This document shows positions 13,279-25,757 of a stretch of 64,000 nt of DNA, piece by piece. The position numbers were made by a program, and so were the translations under genes. The notes under the pieces are model-generated. The model saw nothing but the letters and a program-made list of their open reading frames with translations, was not told where the DNA came from and ran no database searches. The number at the start of each line of letters is the position of its first letter. Position 1 is the stretch's first letter. Source of the DNA: Octopus sinensis (lineage: Eukaryota); contig NC_042999.1 in the NCBI RefSeq assembly GCF_006345805.1, forward strand, positions 57,846,001 to 57,910,000, in the 5' to 3' direction.

Positions 13279-13284
<6 letters not shown>
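12187..13284. mobile_element. Probable solo LTR (1098 bp), Gypsy-like termini
   Basis: Starts TGTT, ends AACA, flanked by ATAT on both sides within (TA)n; higher complexity than the flanks; no coding remnant seen. Confidence 0.6.
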
Positions 13285-13351
<67 letters not shown>

Positions 13352-13389
13352 TTCGTATTTCATGTTATTTATGTTTGTGACGTCCTATA

Positions 13390-13639
13390 CCCAGGGTCAG
13401 TTTCCTTGGCGTATAGGTTCCCCACCTGGATGGGACGCCGGTCTGTCGCAGGTGAGCTGCAAGATGCAGTAGGAAAGTCGTGTAGAAAGATTCATCAAAA
13501 GTTCGCCATTACCTTCTGCCGGAGCCGCACAGAGGTAAGGTGTTTTGTTCATAAACACATATTGCCCGGTCTGAAATCCGAACCCGCGATCCCTCGACTG
13601 CGAGTCCGCTGCTCTAGCCACTAGGCCATGTACCTCCAC
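13390..13639 (-). mobile_element. SINE: D-type head + V-like tail
   Basis: Minus strand gtggaggtacatggcctagtggctagagcagcggactcg...cctgcgacagaccggcgtcccatccagg. Confidence 0.75.
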
Positions 13640-13648
13640 GTATGTATG

Positions 13649-13712
<64 letters not shown>

Positions 13713-13755
13713 CATATATATATATATATATGTATGTATGTATGTATATATGTAT

Positions 13756-13816
<61 letters not shown>

Positions 13817-14466
13817 TGTATGTATGTATGTATGTGTATATATATATGTATGTATGTATGCGTATATATACACACACACACATATACATGTCAGTTTGTA
13901 CATATATGTATGTATATATGCCTATATATTTTTTTATATATATCTTTATATATATATAACCTGTTCTATATATCTATATATATGCATACATACATACTCG
14001 AGTTTGTATAATTGTGTATAATATATATATATTTACGGATGTATGCATATATGTATGTATAGTTAAATATCTATCTATCTGTGTGTGTGTGTGCGTGCGT
14101 GTGTGTGTGTGTGTCTTTACGTCTGTGTTTGTCCCCCTACCGCCGCTTGACAACCGGTGTTGGCGAGATTTCGTTCCCGTAACTTTGTGGTTCAGCAAAG
14201 AAAGACTGATAGTATAAGCACCATGCTTTAAAAAAAAACAATAAGTAATGGGTTCGATTCATTCGACTAAGAATTCAAGGCGGTGCCCTAGCATGGCCGC
14301 AGTCTAATCACTGAAACACGTAAAAGATAAAAGATAAAAGGGGGCGTCCCCTCCAGTTTTTAATGGCGGTGCTCCAGCATGGCCACAGTCATAGGACTGA
14401 AACATGTAAGAGAATATGAGAATATATAATATATATAATATACATATGTATCATATGTATGTATGC

Positions 14467-14547
<81 letters not shown>

Positions 14548-15145
14548 TATATATACATATATATATTATATATATATATTTATATATATATATATATATA
14601 CATATATGCTATATATATATATATATATATATATTATTTATATACATATATACTATATATATATATATACATATATACTATATATATATATATACACACA
14701 GGGAGAAAGAGAGAGAGAGAGAGGGGGGAGATGGGTGGATGGGTGGATGGGTGGATGGGTGGGTGGATGGATGGATGGATGGATGGATGGATACTTGTGT
14801 ACGCCTGTGTTATGTACGAAAGCGGAGTTTTCTTTTCTATACACACACACAAACACGCAGCTGACACAGATACACAAATACACATGCATAAACACACCTA
14901 CACACGCACATACATATACACATACTCATTGAGACACACACAGACAATAAAAACGCACGAATAATAAACATACACTAAATACGGACGTATACAGCTGTAT
15001 ATAAGTTATCTATGCAACACAGAGACAAAAAGATGTGAAGAAAAAAATTTGCTGAGCTCGCCAAAATTTCAAGCAGCTGTTTAGGCTAGTGACATAAACT
15101 TTACATAGTTCAGTACCTTTAAATTGTAAACCAGTTTCATGCGAA

Positions 15146-15217
15146 GCGTCGGTGGTGTAACGGTTAGCATGGTTGCCTTCCAAGCAGTCGATCCGGGTTC
15201 GACTCCCGGCCGACGCA
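15146..15217 (+). tRNA. tRNA-Gly(TCC)
   Basis: 72 nt GCGTCGG...CCGACGCA with a full cloverleaf; anticodon loop CT-TCC-AA; T7 terminator from about 15227. Confidence 0.97.
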
Positions 15218-15499
15218 TCCCTTCGTTTTTTTGTTTTTTTTTAATTAATTAATTGAATGATTAAGTTTATTTAACAATCATGTAGTCACGGGTTTGATCC
15301 TGTCGCACGGAACCTTCGACAAAAGTCTTATCATGAATTCGGGTCGAAGCAGGGCTCAAGTGAAATTGCTTTCATTGAAACTATTGAGATATGTATCACA
15401 TGGATTGAGCATGTAATTCAAAATGTGCATGTTTATAGAATACTCAGCCACTTACAACCTAAGTCAGTGAGTAGACCATTCCGTTTTTCGAACGACTGG

Positions 15500-15780
15500 A
15501 ACATTCTTTTACTTCATTCAGTCAATGGACTGCAGCCATGCAGGGACGGCGCCTTAAAGGGGTTTTGTTGAACAAATCCCAGTATATATTTTTAAATCTA
15601 GTCCTTATTCGATCGGTTACTCGCCAAGCCGCGAAGTACGGGGACATAAATTAACCAACACCATTTGTCAAGCGGTGGTGGAGACAATCGCGCGCGCGCA
15701 CATACATACATGCATACGTGTGTGTGTGTGTGTGTGTGTAGATGCGCTTTCACACAGATTCAGTCTATCAATTTCCGCAT
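15500..15780 (-). mobile_element. Old diverged family-A-related SINE
   Basis: Degenerate tail and body; paralogous to 17100-17440. Confidence 0.6.
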
Positions 15781-15928
15781 CAAAGAGCCGGGGATTTATC
15801 CCGGAGGCTTGATAAACCTTGGTACACTGTGCAAAATTCTCTCAAGCTGAGTGAGAAAGTGTATAAAGAGGGGAAATGGGCACCTCATGAGCTGTCCCCT
15901 GATAATAAAACCATGCGTTCAGCAACGA

Positions 15929-16347
15929 AGGCGTAGGAGTGGCTGTGTGGTAAGTAGCTTGATTGCGAACCACATGGTTCCGGGTTCAGTCCCACTGCGT
16001 GGCACCTTGGGCAAGTGTCTTCTACTATAGCTTCGCGCCGACCAAAGCCTTGTGAGTAGATTTGGTAGACGGAAACTGGAAGAAGCCCGTCGTATATATG
16101 TATGTATACATATTTATGTATGTGTGTGTGTACATGTTTGTGTGTCTGTGCTTGTCCCCCCAACGTCACTTGACAACCGATGCTCGTGTGTTTACGTCCC
16201 CGTAACTTAGCGGTTCGGCAAAAGAGACCAATAGAATAAGTACTAGGCTTACAAAGAATACGTCCTGGGGTCGATTTGCTCGACTAAAAGGCGGTGCTCC
16301 AGCATGGCCACAGTCAAATGAACGAAACAAGTAAAAGAGTAAAAGAG
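15929..16347 (+). mobile_element. SINE family A, full length
   Basis: Head to tail present. Confidence 0.92.
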
Positions 16348-17099
16348 AAACAAAATACAGGCTCAGCACGCTGCCTTCTAAACACAACAGATCCGCGGCA
16401 ATTTTGCTACCAGCTTCACCTTGTTTATCCAAGCCACCACATCGCCTTGGCCAGAGAATGGTCTCAATATGTCGTTGCCGGGGCTAATTTTCGATGCCAT
16501 ATTTTACCGTGGACAGTAGATTTTTTTTTCTTTGGACGCTATGCAATGAGCCGAAATAGTTTGTAGTATGAAGAGGAAATAAACAAAAAGGAGAATTGAG
16601 GCTTTCTTACCTGTCTCACCACCCACGTGGTCGTTTCCTCTATTGGTCGTACGCACACGTCTTGACTTTGTGCTGTCCGGCTGCACTTTCCCTCTTCTTG
16701 TGCCTGCTGCTCGTGCACTCTTCCACACTTCTGCCCTTATGGACTCCCGATAGCGCCTACCCACTCTCCCACTTCCGCCTTCACCACAGCTTCAGCTCAA
16801 TACCAGACAATCCAAATGCCTGACTCGACAAAGTATTTCAGCATCGCATGCCCAATCATTAGAGACTTGTGCATGGAGCCCTTTTCAGAGTACTGAAGTC
16901 TAAACATGCAATTATGAAATTAGTCTCGCAACATGTTTATCACATGGATTGTGCGCGTTATTTAAAAGGTGTACTTTTCGGTAGGCCTAATAGAAAGTAG
17001 AATGAACTAAAACGTGTACCGAAATTCAAACCCCTTCGGGGGAATGAAAACTCATATATAAGGAGGGTAAATCTAAATACTGTAATGTTAAGAGGCTCA

Positions 17100-17440
17100 C
17101 TTTGCAACCTCGTGGGTTCAGTTCCTCTGCATGGCAACGTGGGTATGTGTCTTATACTTTAGCCCTAGGCGACCAATGTCTTGTGAGTAAAATTTGTGGA
17201 CGGAATCTGTGTGAAAACCCATCGGATATGCATGTGTGTCCGCGTGTGTGTGAATGTGACCAGCAAAATTTGACAACCGGTGTTGGTTAGTTTATGTATC
17301 CGTGACTTAACAGTTTGGAAAAAACAAGCGATAGGATAAGTATCAGACTTTAAAATATGAGCTGGGTTCAATTTGCTCAATTAAATCCTTTGAGGCGTGT
17401 CCCAGCATGGACACGGTCGAATAACTAAAAGAAATTTAAA
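17100..17440 (+). mobile_element. Old diverged family-A-related SINE
   Basis: Degenerate head, body and tail; shares the variant aatctgtgtgaaa with the 15500-15780 copy. Confidence 0.6.
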
Positions 17441-17697
17441 AAAGGGTTTCAGTTGTTTGAAAAGCAGAATGGTTTATTCATTGAATTAGACTGTAAGTGA
17501 CTGAGTATTCCATAAGCATACACCCTTTGAATTATGTGTACAATCGATGTGATAAACTGCTCAACAGTTTCACTCACAAGCCTTCCTTCAACCCGAGTTT
17601 ATGATGAAAGACCCTTGTGTGATAGAATCAAACCCGTGACTACACGATAGTAAAATAAACTTCTTTATCACTTAGTTAAAAAAAAGAAAAAAGAAGC

Positions 17698-17769
17698 TGC
17701 GTCGGCCGGGAGTCGAACCCGGATCGACTGCTTGGAAGGCAACCATGCTAACCGTTACACCACCGACGC
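17698..17769 (-). tRNA. tRNA-Gly(TCC), identical to 15146
   Basis: Exact reverse complement; A-run on + at about 17678-17693 is the T terminator. Confidence 0.97.
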
Positions 17770-18294
17770 CTCTCGTAAATGCTATTGCCAATTTCAAGAT
17801 ACTGAGTTATGTAGAGTTTGGGGAATTACAACCGTGTTTCGTGGTCTGCTACCACAACAGCTCCTTTATAGGATCCAGTTAGCTCAAGACATCATCAGGA
17901 GGAACCACGTCTGGTTTCGGCAGCTGCTTCAAGGTTTTACTGAACTCAGCAAATTTTTTCTTTACTATTTTTGTTTGTGTGTTACATGCATACTCGTGTT
18001 ACATATATATATATATACCATATTTTAACATGTATAAGAAACCCTTTTTTATCAAAAATTAGGTTTAAAAAATATGGAAGTTTCTTATACATGGATAGCA
18101 TTGTAATCCCTAACAAAACCTTTTTTCCAAATTTTAAGCCCTAAAAATTAGGGGGTTCCTTATACACGTTAAAATACTTTGTGTGTATATATATATATAT
18201 GCATATCGTCAGAAATTCATATAACCGAAAAAAAGAAGCATATTCTAAAGTTAAAAGTTATGACCAGTCATAGAGTGACTATTAGTTACGCATT

Positions 18295-18534
18295 TATAAA
18301 ACGCTTAGCAGTATAGGCAACTCGTTCGACTCAAATGGTTGAAGGTGCACAATATCTATACAACTGGAGGAAGAAATACGTAACGTTCAGTTGGTTTTGT
18401 AAACAAAATTATTTCTCCATGTTGCAGTCAGGAACCAATTGACTGCTACGTATTTCTTCTTCCAGTTGTAGAGAGGTCAAGTGCTTTCAGCCATTTGAGT
18501 TCAACTAATCGCCTATACTGTTAAGCGCTTTATA
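18295..18534. mobile_element. Foldback MITE (240 bp) with imperfect arms of about 95 bp
   Basis: The left arm tataaaacgcttagcagtatagg...tacaactggaggaagaaatacgta matches the reverse complement of the right arm ending ctatactgttaagcgctttata. Confidence 0.75.
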
Positions 18535-18749
18535 GGTGCAAAACCAAAGGTCGCTCTGTGACCGGCCATAACTTTTAACTTCCTAAAGATGTATACAGTG
18601 AGAGAAATGGTGAGAGGGAGACATATATATACAGACACACACATGCATGCATGCATATATACATGCATACATACATACATACATACATACATACATACAT
18701 ACATACATACATACATACATACATACATACATACATACATACATACATA

Positions 18750-19320
18750 ATGGCTCCAAACTCGTGTTTGAGTATTGCCATTGGCTGATCGAAAGTCCCA
18801 CACATGCAAAGCCTACGACCAGCCATTTTTGTGATAGGTCTTACTTTTATTTTTCAAGCGATGCCTGTGCATGATGATTCTTTTACAGTGGGGAAAGGAT
18901 TTGCACAAATCCAATCCCACTCTCGGAACATGAACAACATAAACTCGAAAAGAAGAACCAGTCTACATCATCGAACATTGTCAGTGTCGCAGGTTTCCCT
19001 CTTCTAAAGAGATGTTGTGACAGCAAGGGGGTCTCCCACTCCCAGTCGACCAACTGCACGCCTGGACACCAACCCAGGTATCTCCACGTCCCGTGCATAC
19101 ATACATGTATGTATACACATGTACACATATTGTTGGCTTGCTGTTGACTGTTCATGGGCTCTTCCATCCTTTGACAGGTTTCGTTTTTCGTCCTGCAAGG
19201 TGTCCAACAATCACTCTTCTCACCAAGCAAGCTTGATGGCGTTGCCGGTTTAGTCGCCGACAACCTGACCATGCAACAGGTTGTACTGGGTTACAAGTTA
19301 CCAGGAGCACCCAAGAGCAA
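18750..19320 (-). mobile_element. Possible RTE LINE 5' region remnant
   Basis: cctgttgcatggtcaggttgtcggcgactaaaccgg and ggatggaagagcc recall RTE 5' UTRs (from memory); no clear coding motif. Confidence 0.35.
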
Positions 19321-19381
19321 CCTGACATACATACATACATACATACATACATACATACATACATACATACATACATACATA

Positions 19382-19894
19382 CCGTAAATCCTCGAGTATA
19401 GTCCGCCCTTGAGTATAATACGCAGGGGATTTTTAGGGGGCTGTACCTCTGAAAAACCTAAACCTTGTGTATAATACGCACCCCTTCTCTAACTTGAGTC
19501 AAGGAGGTCTATATAACGTCCTTGGTTTGTAAAAATGTATACGGTAACGCCCTTTATTATTATTATATATATAACATAATGCAAACGTGTAGCTTTTTTG
19601 TGCATTTTGTTTGCAGTGAATAAAGAAATAACAGTAATAACGTTTAATAAATGTTGCTTACTGCAAGTTATGGATGGTTCTTTTATGACTTCATTGCTTT
19701 CAGGCTTAGCTTAAGACATTTTCGCGCCCAGCATCACTAAATGCATCTGAATAAACATTGCCGGACAGCAAATAGAGACATGGACATTGCTTAGAAAATA
19801 TTTTTCATTTTCAACCTCGTATATAGTACGCACTAGGGATTTTGACCTTTTAATTTTGGGGTGGAAAATGCGGATTATACTCGAGGACTTACGG
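19382..19894 (-). mobile_element. pogo/Tigger-derived MITE, copy A
   Basis: TA TSD; TIR ccgtaaatcctcgagtata at both ends; inserted in (TACA)n. Confidence 0.9.
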
Positions 19895-21012
19895 TACATA
19901 CATACATACACACATACATACAATGTAAACAGACGCCGTCAATTTGGTATCCTTCTATCTCTATTTCGTTTCCCTCCCTCTCTAATTCTAATTTTGTTTC
20001 ATAAACCGAAACGGTAGACATTTTTCTACTCGTTTTATTCGTTGTATTTATTTTCCTTACGCACAACCTTTAGCTGTATTGTTTCATTTCAAATGTCTAC
20101 ACTTTTTTTTTCTACCACGCATTTTACTTGTCTAACTTTTTATTTACTAGAGTCCGATACCCGTTTCTTTGCTGAGAACAAGGTGAAAGGAAGACCCGAA
20201 CCTGTCTGAAAATGAAAATATTTCTTCGCACATTAATATTTTACTGTTGAGCAACGAGTCACAACACCTCCCTGTTACTCTCCCCGCAAGAAATGCAATT
20301 AAGCAGTGTTCGACTCGTGGGAAAGCTGTAACTACCAACATTATTATTCACAAATTCGCAAATCGGTGAAAAGAAATAGGAAGAGAAAGAGAAAACGAGT
20401 ATAATGTTGAATTAATTCGTCTATTTTCCCACCAAATGCGTTGACGGCGATTGCTTCTCAACTACACGAATAAAACAATGGAAGTGGATTCATTGCCCTT
20501 CCTTCTTTTTCTCAATTTGAAAAACTGTATCTATTTTGATTCTTATAAATAGTCTTAAATTCGACTTCATTCAGAAAATGGCCAGTTTAGACGGAAATAC
20601 ATTTATGCGATTGTAGTTTTATGGTTATATATTTTTGTTATCAAAGAAATTAATACGAAATAAAGAAAAAACATTCTACATTTGGATGTTAATTATTATT
20701 GCTATTAAGTAACTAAATATGGAATATATTTTCTTCCCATTACAGAAATAAAATGGATGCACCAATCAAAAGCAGCACTATTAATGATATTAAACATTAT
20801 AAGTTTCAGTTTCTGACAGAAAAGAAATACAGACCTCTTTCTCTTTTCTGTCAGATAATTGATTCTTATAACGTTTAATATCAGTTTACATTGAATAATT
20901 ACAGCACTTAATTCATTCCTGATATGATAACTATTCAAAAACTATCACTCAAGCAGTGTGTGCGTGTGTGCGTGTGTGTGTGTGTGTGTGTGTGCGTGTG
21001 TGCGTGTGTGCG

Positions 21013-21105
<93 letters not shown>

Positions 21106-21559
21106 GCGTATATATGTGTGTGATAATTATTACTGTTGCTGTTATTGATGTCGTTATTGCTATTTCTACTGCTGCTGCTCATGATGATGATGATCATCAT
21201 CAGCTCTGATCAAGAAAGCCTCTAATTTAAGCGTTCCAGCCATAAACATCCCATCTTATTTTCATTCATCCAAGACTGCATTATCGAATATGTCCTTCCG
21301 ATTTTAAGATGGTAGAGGTAATTTGGCTAGTATTGTTAGCACGAAGAGGTCCCCTCGTTAGTTTCTTATTGCTGTAGGAGTACGCGCCATCGCATGCCTA
21401 TATCCCTGGGTATCCAGACTCTTGGATCAAACTAATCACCAGTTAACAATATTTAACGGGCAAAATATTTCTTGACCCTTCTCGGAAGTTGTGTACAACA
21501 AGACAAGAGTTTCATTAAAAATTCAAAACATCTCTGTAGTTAACAATCATATTCCGTCA

Positions 21560-22250
21560 GATGAAAACTGTTTTATTTCTTGTCAAATGAAGGTAGAGGA
21601 TCAATATCTGTGATGTACTCAGCCTAAAACTGAATATATCAATACAAAATGCGACCGACATCAGTATCTATCCTAATAATTTTACCGTCAGTTGGATTAC
21701 TAAACAGTTGTTTGATAACCGGATTCACTCTACAGTTTATTGATGACAAAAGGATTTATCTTAAACTTGACAATTGTGCGAATTCATCCGTTTGCCGACA
21801 GATGGATTCATTTTATATTTGATAGGCATATTGGTTCATGGCAACACTTCGTTGACAATTTGATCCATCTTACGCGCCGATCCATAAATCATTTAGCTGA
21901 CAATTAGATCCTTTAGCTGAAGCTAGGTTTGAAATATGTGACGATTTTTCGTGTTAACTTCAAAAATATAAACGTAGGCAAAATTGCATCACAAAGACTA
22001 GGCTTTCTTTTTCATGGACAGAAAATGCTTCGATTCGGACCAATTAACTTACTCTCGTGAAAACTTTCAAATATGACCCACTTAGGAATTGTATGCGCAT
22101 ATCTGAGAATCGAAACGATGATGTCTATATTCATTTTCAAAGTGTCGCAGAGTTACCCTACAACAATGAATTGAGTGTATTGCCAACACACAGCTCCTAA
22201 AAGTAAAATGTGTCCACGAACAGATCGCAATATGCTTTATCGGGATCTGT
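21560..22250 (+). mobile_element. Decayed CR1-group LINE 3' RT fragment
   Basis: KIASQRLGFLF and RKCFDSDQL resemble the K-ASKKLGFL...FSxxQLLTLYK region; a similar remnant lies at about 45380-45950. Confidence 0.45.
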
Positions 22251-23460
22251 TCGTGCGATTGCTCAGAGTATTTCTTATGAGGTTAGAATATCTTTAATTT
22301 TAATAAGTTGTTTATTATTGGTGGGGAGAATAAATTGGCTTAATTTATTGAAATATCAGTATATTTGTTGGATTTCTTTTTGTTAATTTTTTTATATTTA
22401 TAATGTGAGTTGTATCAAAAATTTCAGAGACTCATTGGGCTCCATTTGATTTTGCTGCGGGAGAATCAGAATTAGTTTCTGGCAGTGGGGTTGAATATGG
22501 AGCAGTGGGGTTTGCAAGATGTTCAGGAGCACATAATTCGCGTAACTCGGAGAATTCCTGCATAGGGAAGAAAGAGAGTGGTAGGGTTGATGATTGCAAC
22601 TTCTTACCGACTGCATACATTTGACGGGGTCAGTTTTGATTTGACTTAATACTGGATATTATTGCTATCAGTTTTTATTAAGGCGGCGAGCTGGCAGAAT
22701 CGTTAGCACGCCGGGGAAAATGCCTAGCGGCATTTCGTAGGTCTTTAAGTTCTAAGTTCAAATTGTTAAGATGTTGGTGGTGATCTTGATGGAGATGATT
22801 GTGATGACAATGGCGTTACTCTTCTTTTCTTGTTACTGTTTGGGTCCAGGTCATCACTAAAAGAGTTGACCTACAGTCAAAAGGTGTTCCGTTCATAAAT
22901 ATATATTCAGAAAATACCTTTTCCCTAAGCCATCCATTATGCTAATCTGACTCCAGCTTCCACCGATACGGAAAAGACTTATCCAAGAATTCTTATGCTG
23001 AACAACTCCAGAGAATATCTTCCACTTAACTGATTAAACACTCGCAATTATTCATGATTCATTAATAAACAGCAAAAGTTTGCCTGACCTTTACTCTCAG
23101 CCAAAACCTTGTCTTTCATCTTAGCACTAAGCTAATTTGCTTCAGCTATTCAATGATGCAAAACACTTATCCAAGAACAGACTTCTTCCATTACCGTGTG
23201 CTACAGTATGTCGCAACGTAGATGAGGTTTTTGTAGGAAATTGAATTACCACGCGCTAGCTCTGCTCACGCCACCTCCACTAATTTTACTTGACCAACCA
23301 GGAAAAGGATAATAACAGTTCCATATCTCTTGTCAAATAAATATAATGTAAATGAGGACAGCGGGAGCAATCATTGCAATATCTTCGTCAGCTATTGGAT
23401 ATAGCATATATTTGACTGAGATCAGGACCAAATTTGATTCAATTCTCATAAAGACGACTA

Positions 23461-24195
23461 CCGTAAATCCTCGAGTATAATCCGCATTTTTTCCTTAAAA
23501 TTTAACGGTCAAAATCCCTAGTGCGTACTATATACGAGGTTAAAAATGGAAAATATTTTCTAAGAAATGTCCGAGTCTCTATTTGCTGTCCGACAATGTT
23601 TAGTCAGACGCATGTTGTGATGTCGGGCGCGAAAATACCTTAAGCTAAGCCTGTAAGCAATGAAGTCAACTTGCAGTAAGCAACATTTATTAAAATAAAA
23701 GTATTCAGAAATAAATGAAAATGAATCTTCTGATGTTGACTATGAATCTGATGATGATGGAGATTTACACTACAATGATGCTGACATGTTTACGGGGAAT
23801 CAAATGGAACAGTTATTTGATGCTGAAAGTGACGTTGAATTTGAAGGATTTGAATAAATGTTTTTTGCTTTTGCTTTTGTAACTGATAGTGATAAATATG
23901 TAAAGGCAATTTACTTAATATTTATTTTTCACCGACATTATTACTGTTATTTCTTTATTCTCTGCAAACAAAATCCACAAAAAATCTATACGTTTGCATT
24001 ATGTTTATATACAATAATAATAAAGGACGTTACCGTATACATTTTTACAAACCAAGGAAGTTATATATACCTCCTTGGCTCAAGTTAGAGAAGGGGTGCG
24101 TATTATACACAAGGTTTAGGTTTTTCAGAGGTACAGTCCCCTAAAAATCCCTTGCGTATTATACTCAAGGGCGGACTATACCCGAGGATTTACGG
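23461..24195 (+). mobile_element. pogo/Tigger-derived MITE, copy B, retaining the transposase C-terminus
   Basis: TA TSDs at 23459-60 and 24196-97; same TIRs. 23699-23857 reads KYSEINENESSDVDYESDDDGD...EQLFDAESDVEFEGFE* with no internal stop. Confidence 0.9.
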
Positions 24196-24451
24196 TACTT
24201 AATCTACATGGCATCTGGGAAATAATAGAATCCATCATACGATGGATGACTTGATGCGTCCAAAATCAATCTTTTTCTTCATTAACTTGCAAATCAATTC
24301 TCGGATCCATTTAATGTTTGGTCGATTGCCAGATGCGTTTTCCCTTGGATGACGTCTAAGAACCATTCTCTGTTTGACTTGTGGTCAGATAATATCGACT
24401 AATCGTCTCTCATCAAACTTGCTGGCCTCGTGCCTAAATCAGAAATCATTA

Positions 24452-24650
24452 TTACTTTCGCCTTAGCAAAGGCGGAGGCATTGTTTTCAGTCGTGTTTGT
24501 TTGTCCATCCATGGACAAGATATCTCAAGAACCGCCGGATGGATTAAGATGAAACTTTCAGGGATGTTTGGTCTCGTGACTGGCACGAACTGATTAGATT
24601 TTGGGATCGATCTAGTATCGGACAAGGATTCTGAATTATTTTTTTATATT
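24452..24650 (+). mobile_element. HINE-like element 5' part
   Basis: 5' hairpin cgcct-tagcaa-aggcg, then tgtttgtttgtcc and atatctcaagaaccgccggatggattaagatgaaactttcagg; the 3' end is not seen. Confidence 0.5.
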
Positions 24651-24764
24651 TTCTTTACTTTACATGTATATGTAAAGTTCTACATAGTTCTCTTGTACTC
24701 GCACACACATACACACATATACTCACACATTTTCAGCGTTGAACATTACCATCCCATTTCTCTT

Positions 24765-24812
<48 letters not shown>

Positions 24813-25008
24813 ACACACATACACGCAAACATACCTCTCTTTTACACACACATATACTCACACTTCAAACGCCGTTTAATCGGCTTTTCCACTCTTTCGT
24901 TCGTTATTCATCTATCACCCCTTCCTTTCTCATTCATACGACGCTCTCTTTGCCATTTATCTCGTCTACCTTCACCTCTCACTCCGGTTCCATTTCATAT
25001 ATATATAT

Positions 25009-25430
25009 AGGCGCAGGAGTGGCTGTGTGATAAGTAGCTTGCTAACCAACCACATGGTTCCGGGTTCAGTCCCACTGCGTGGTGCCTTGGGCAAGTGTCT
25101 TCTACTATAGCCTCGGGCCGACCAATGCCTTGTGAGTGGATTTGGTAGACGGAAACTGAAAGAAGCCTGTCGTATATATGCATTTATATATATATATGTA
25201 TGTATGTGTGTGTGTGTTTGTGTGTCTGTGTTTGTCTCCCTAGCATTGCTTGATAACCGATGCTGGTGTGTTTACGTCCCCGTAACTTAGCGGTTCGGCA
25301 AAAGAGACCGATAGAATAAGTACTAGGCTTACAAAGAATAAGTCCCGGGGTCGAGTTGCTCGATTAAAGGCGGTGCTCCAGCATGGCCGCAGTCAAATGA
25401 CTGAAACAAGTAAAAGAGTAAAAGAGAGAG
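25009..25430 (+). mobile_element. SINE family A, full length (young subfamily)
   Basis: Shares diagnostic variants (ccgaccaatgcc, gtctccctagcattgcttgataacc) with 40933-41330. Confidence 0.93.
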
Positions 25431-25757
25431 AATATATAGACAACGCTCATTATTATATTAGGAGATTATACATACATTTTAATACTTTACAGTATACTTA
25501 CATATATACATAATTCTATACATCGATCTAAAACAACAGGATTACTAAAGGAAAACCGGAATTTAAGAGAAGGGAAGATCAAAAGGTCTCATGATATTCA
25601 TAGAAGGATTTTATTTCAGCTATTCTCATTTTAAAGATTACTATTTGAAACGTTTCAAATAGTAAAATACTTTTTTCTTTTCTTTTTCTTTTCTCACAAT
25701 AACGTCTTTGAAGGAATCATAGAAGTTGCCAGATCGTGGTCGACTTACACACACGCT

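Noticed and set aside
16504-16880. GC-richer minus-strand segment bounded by tttag| and |gtaag, exon-like
   Set aside because: All three frames contain stops across the putative exon and no motif is recognised. It could be a non-coding exon or TE relic, but nothing here supports a call.
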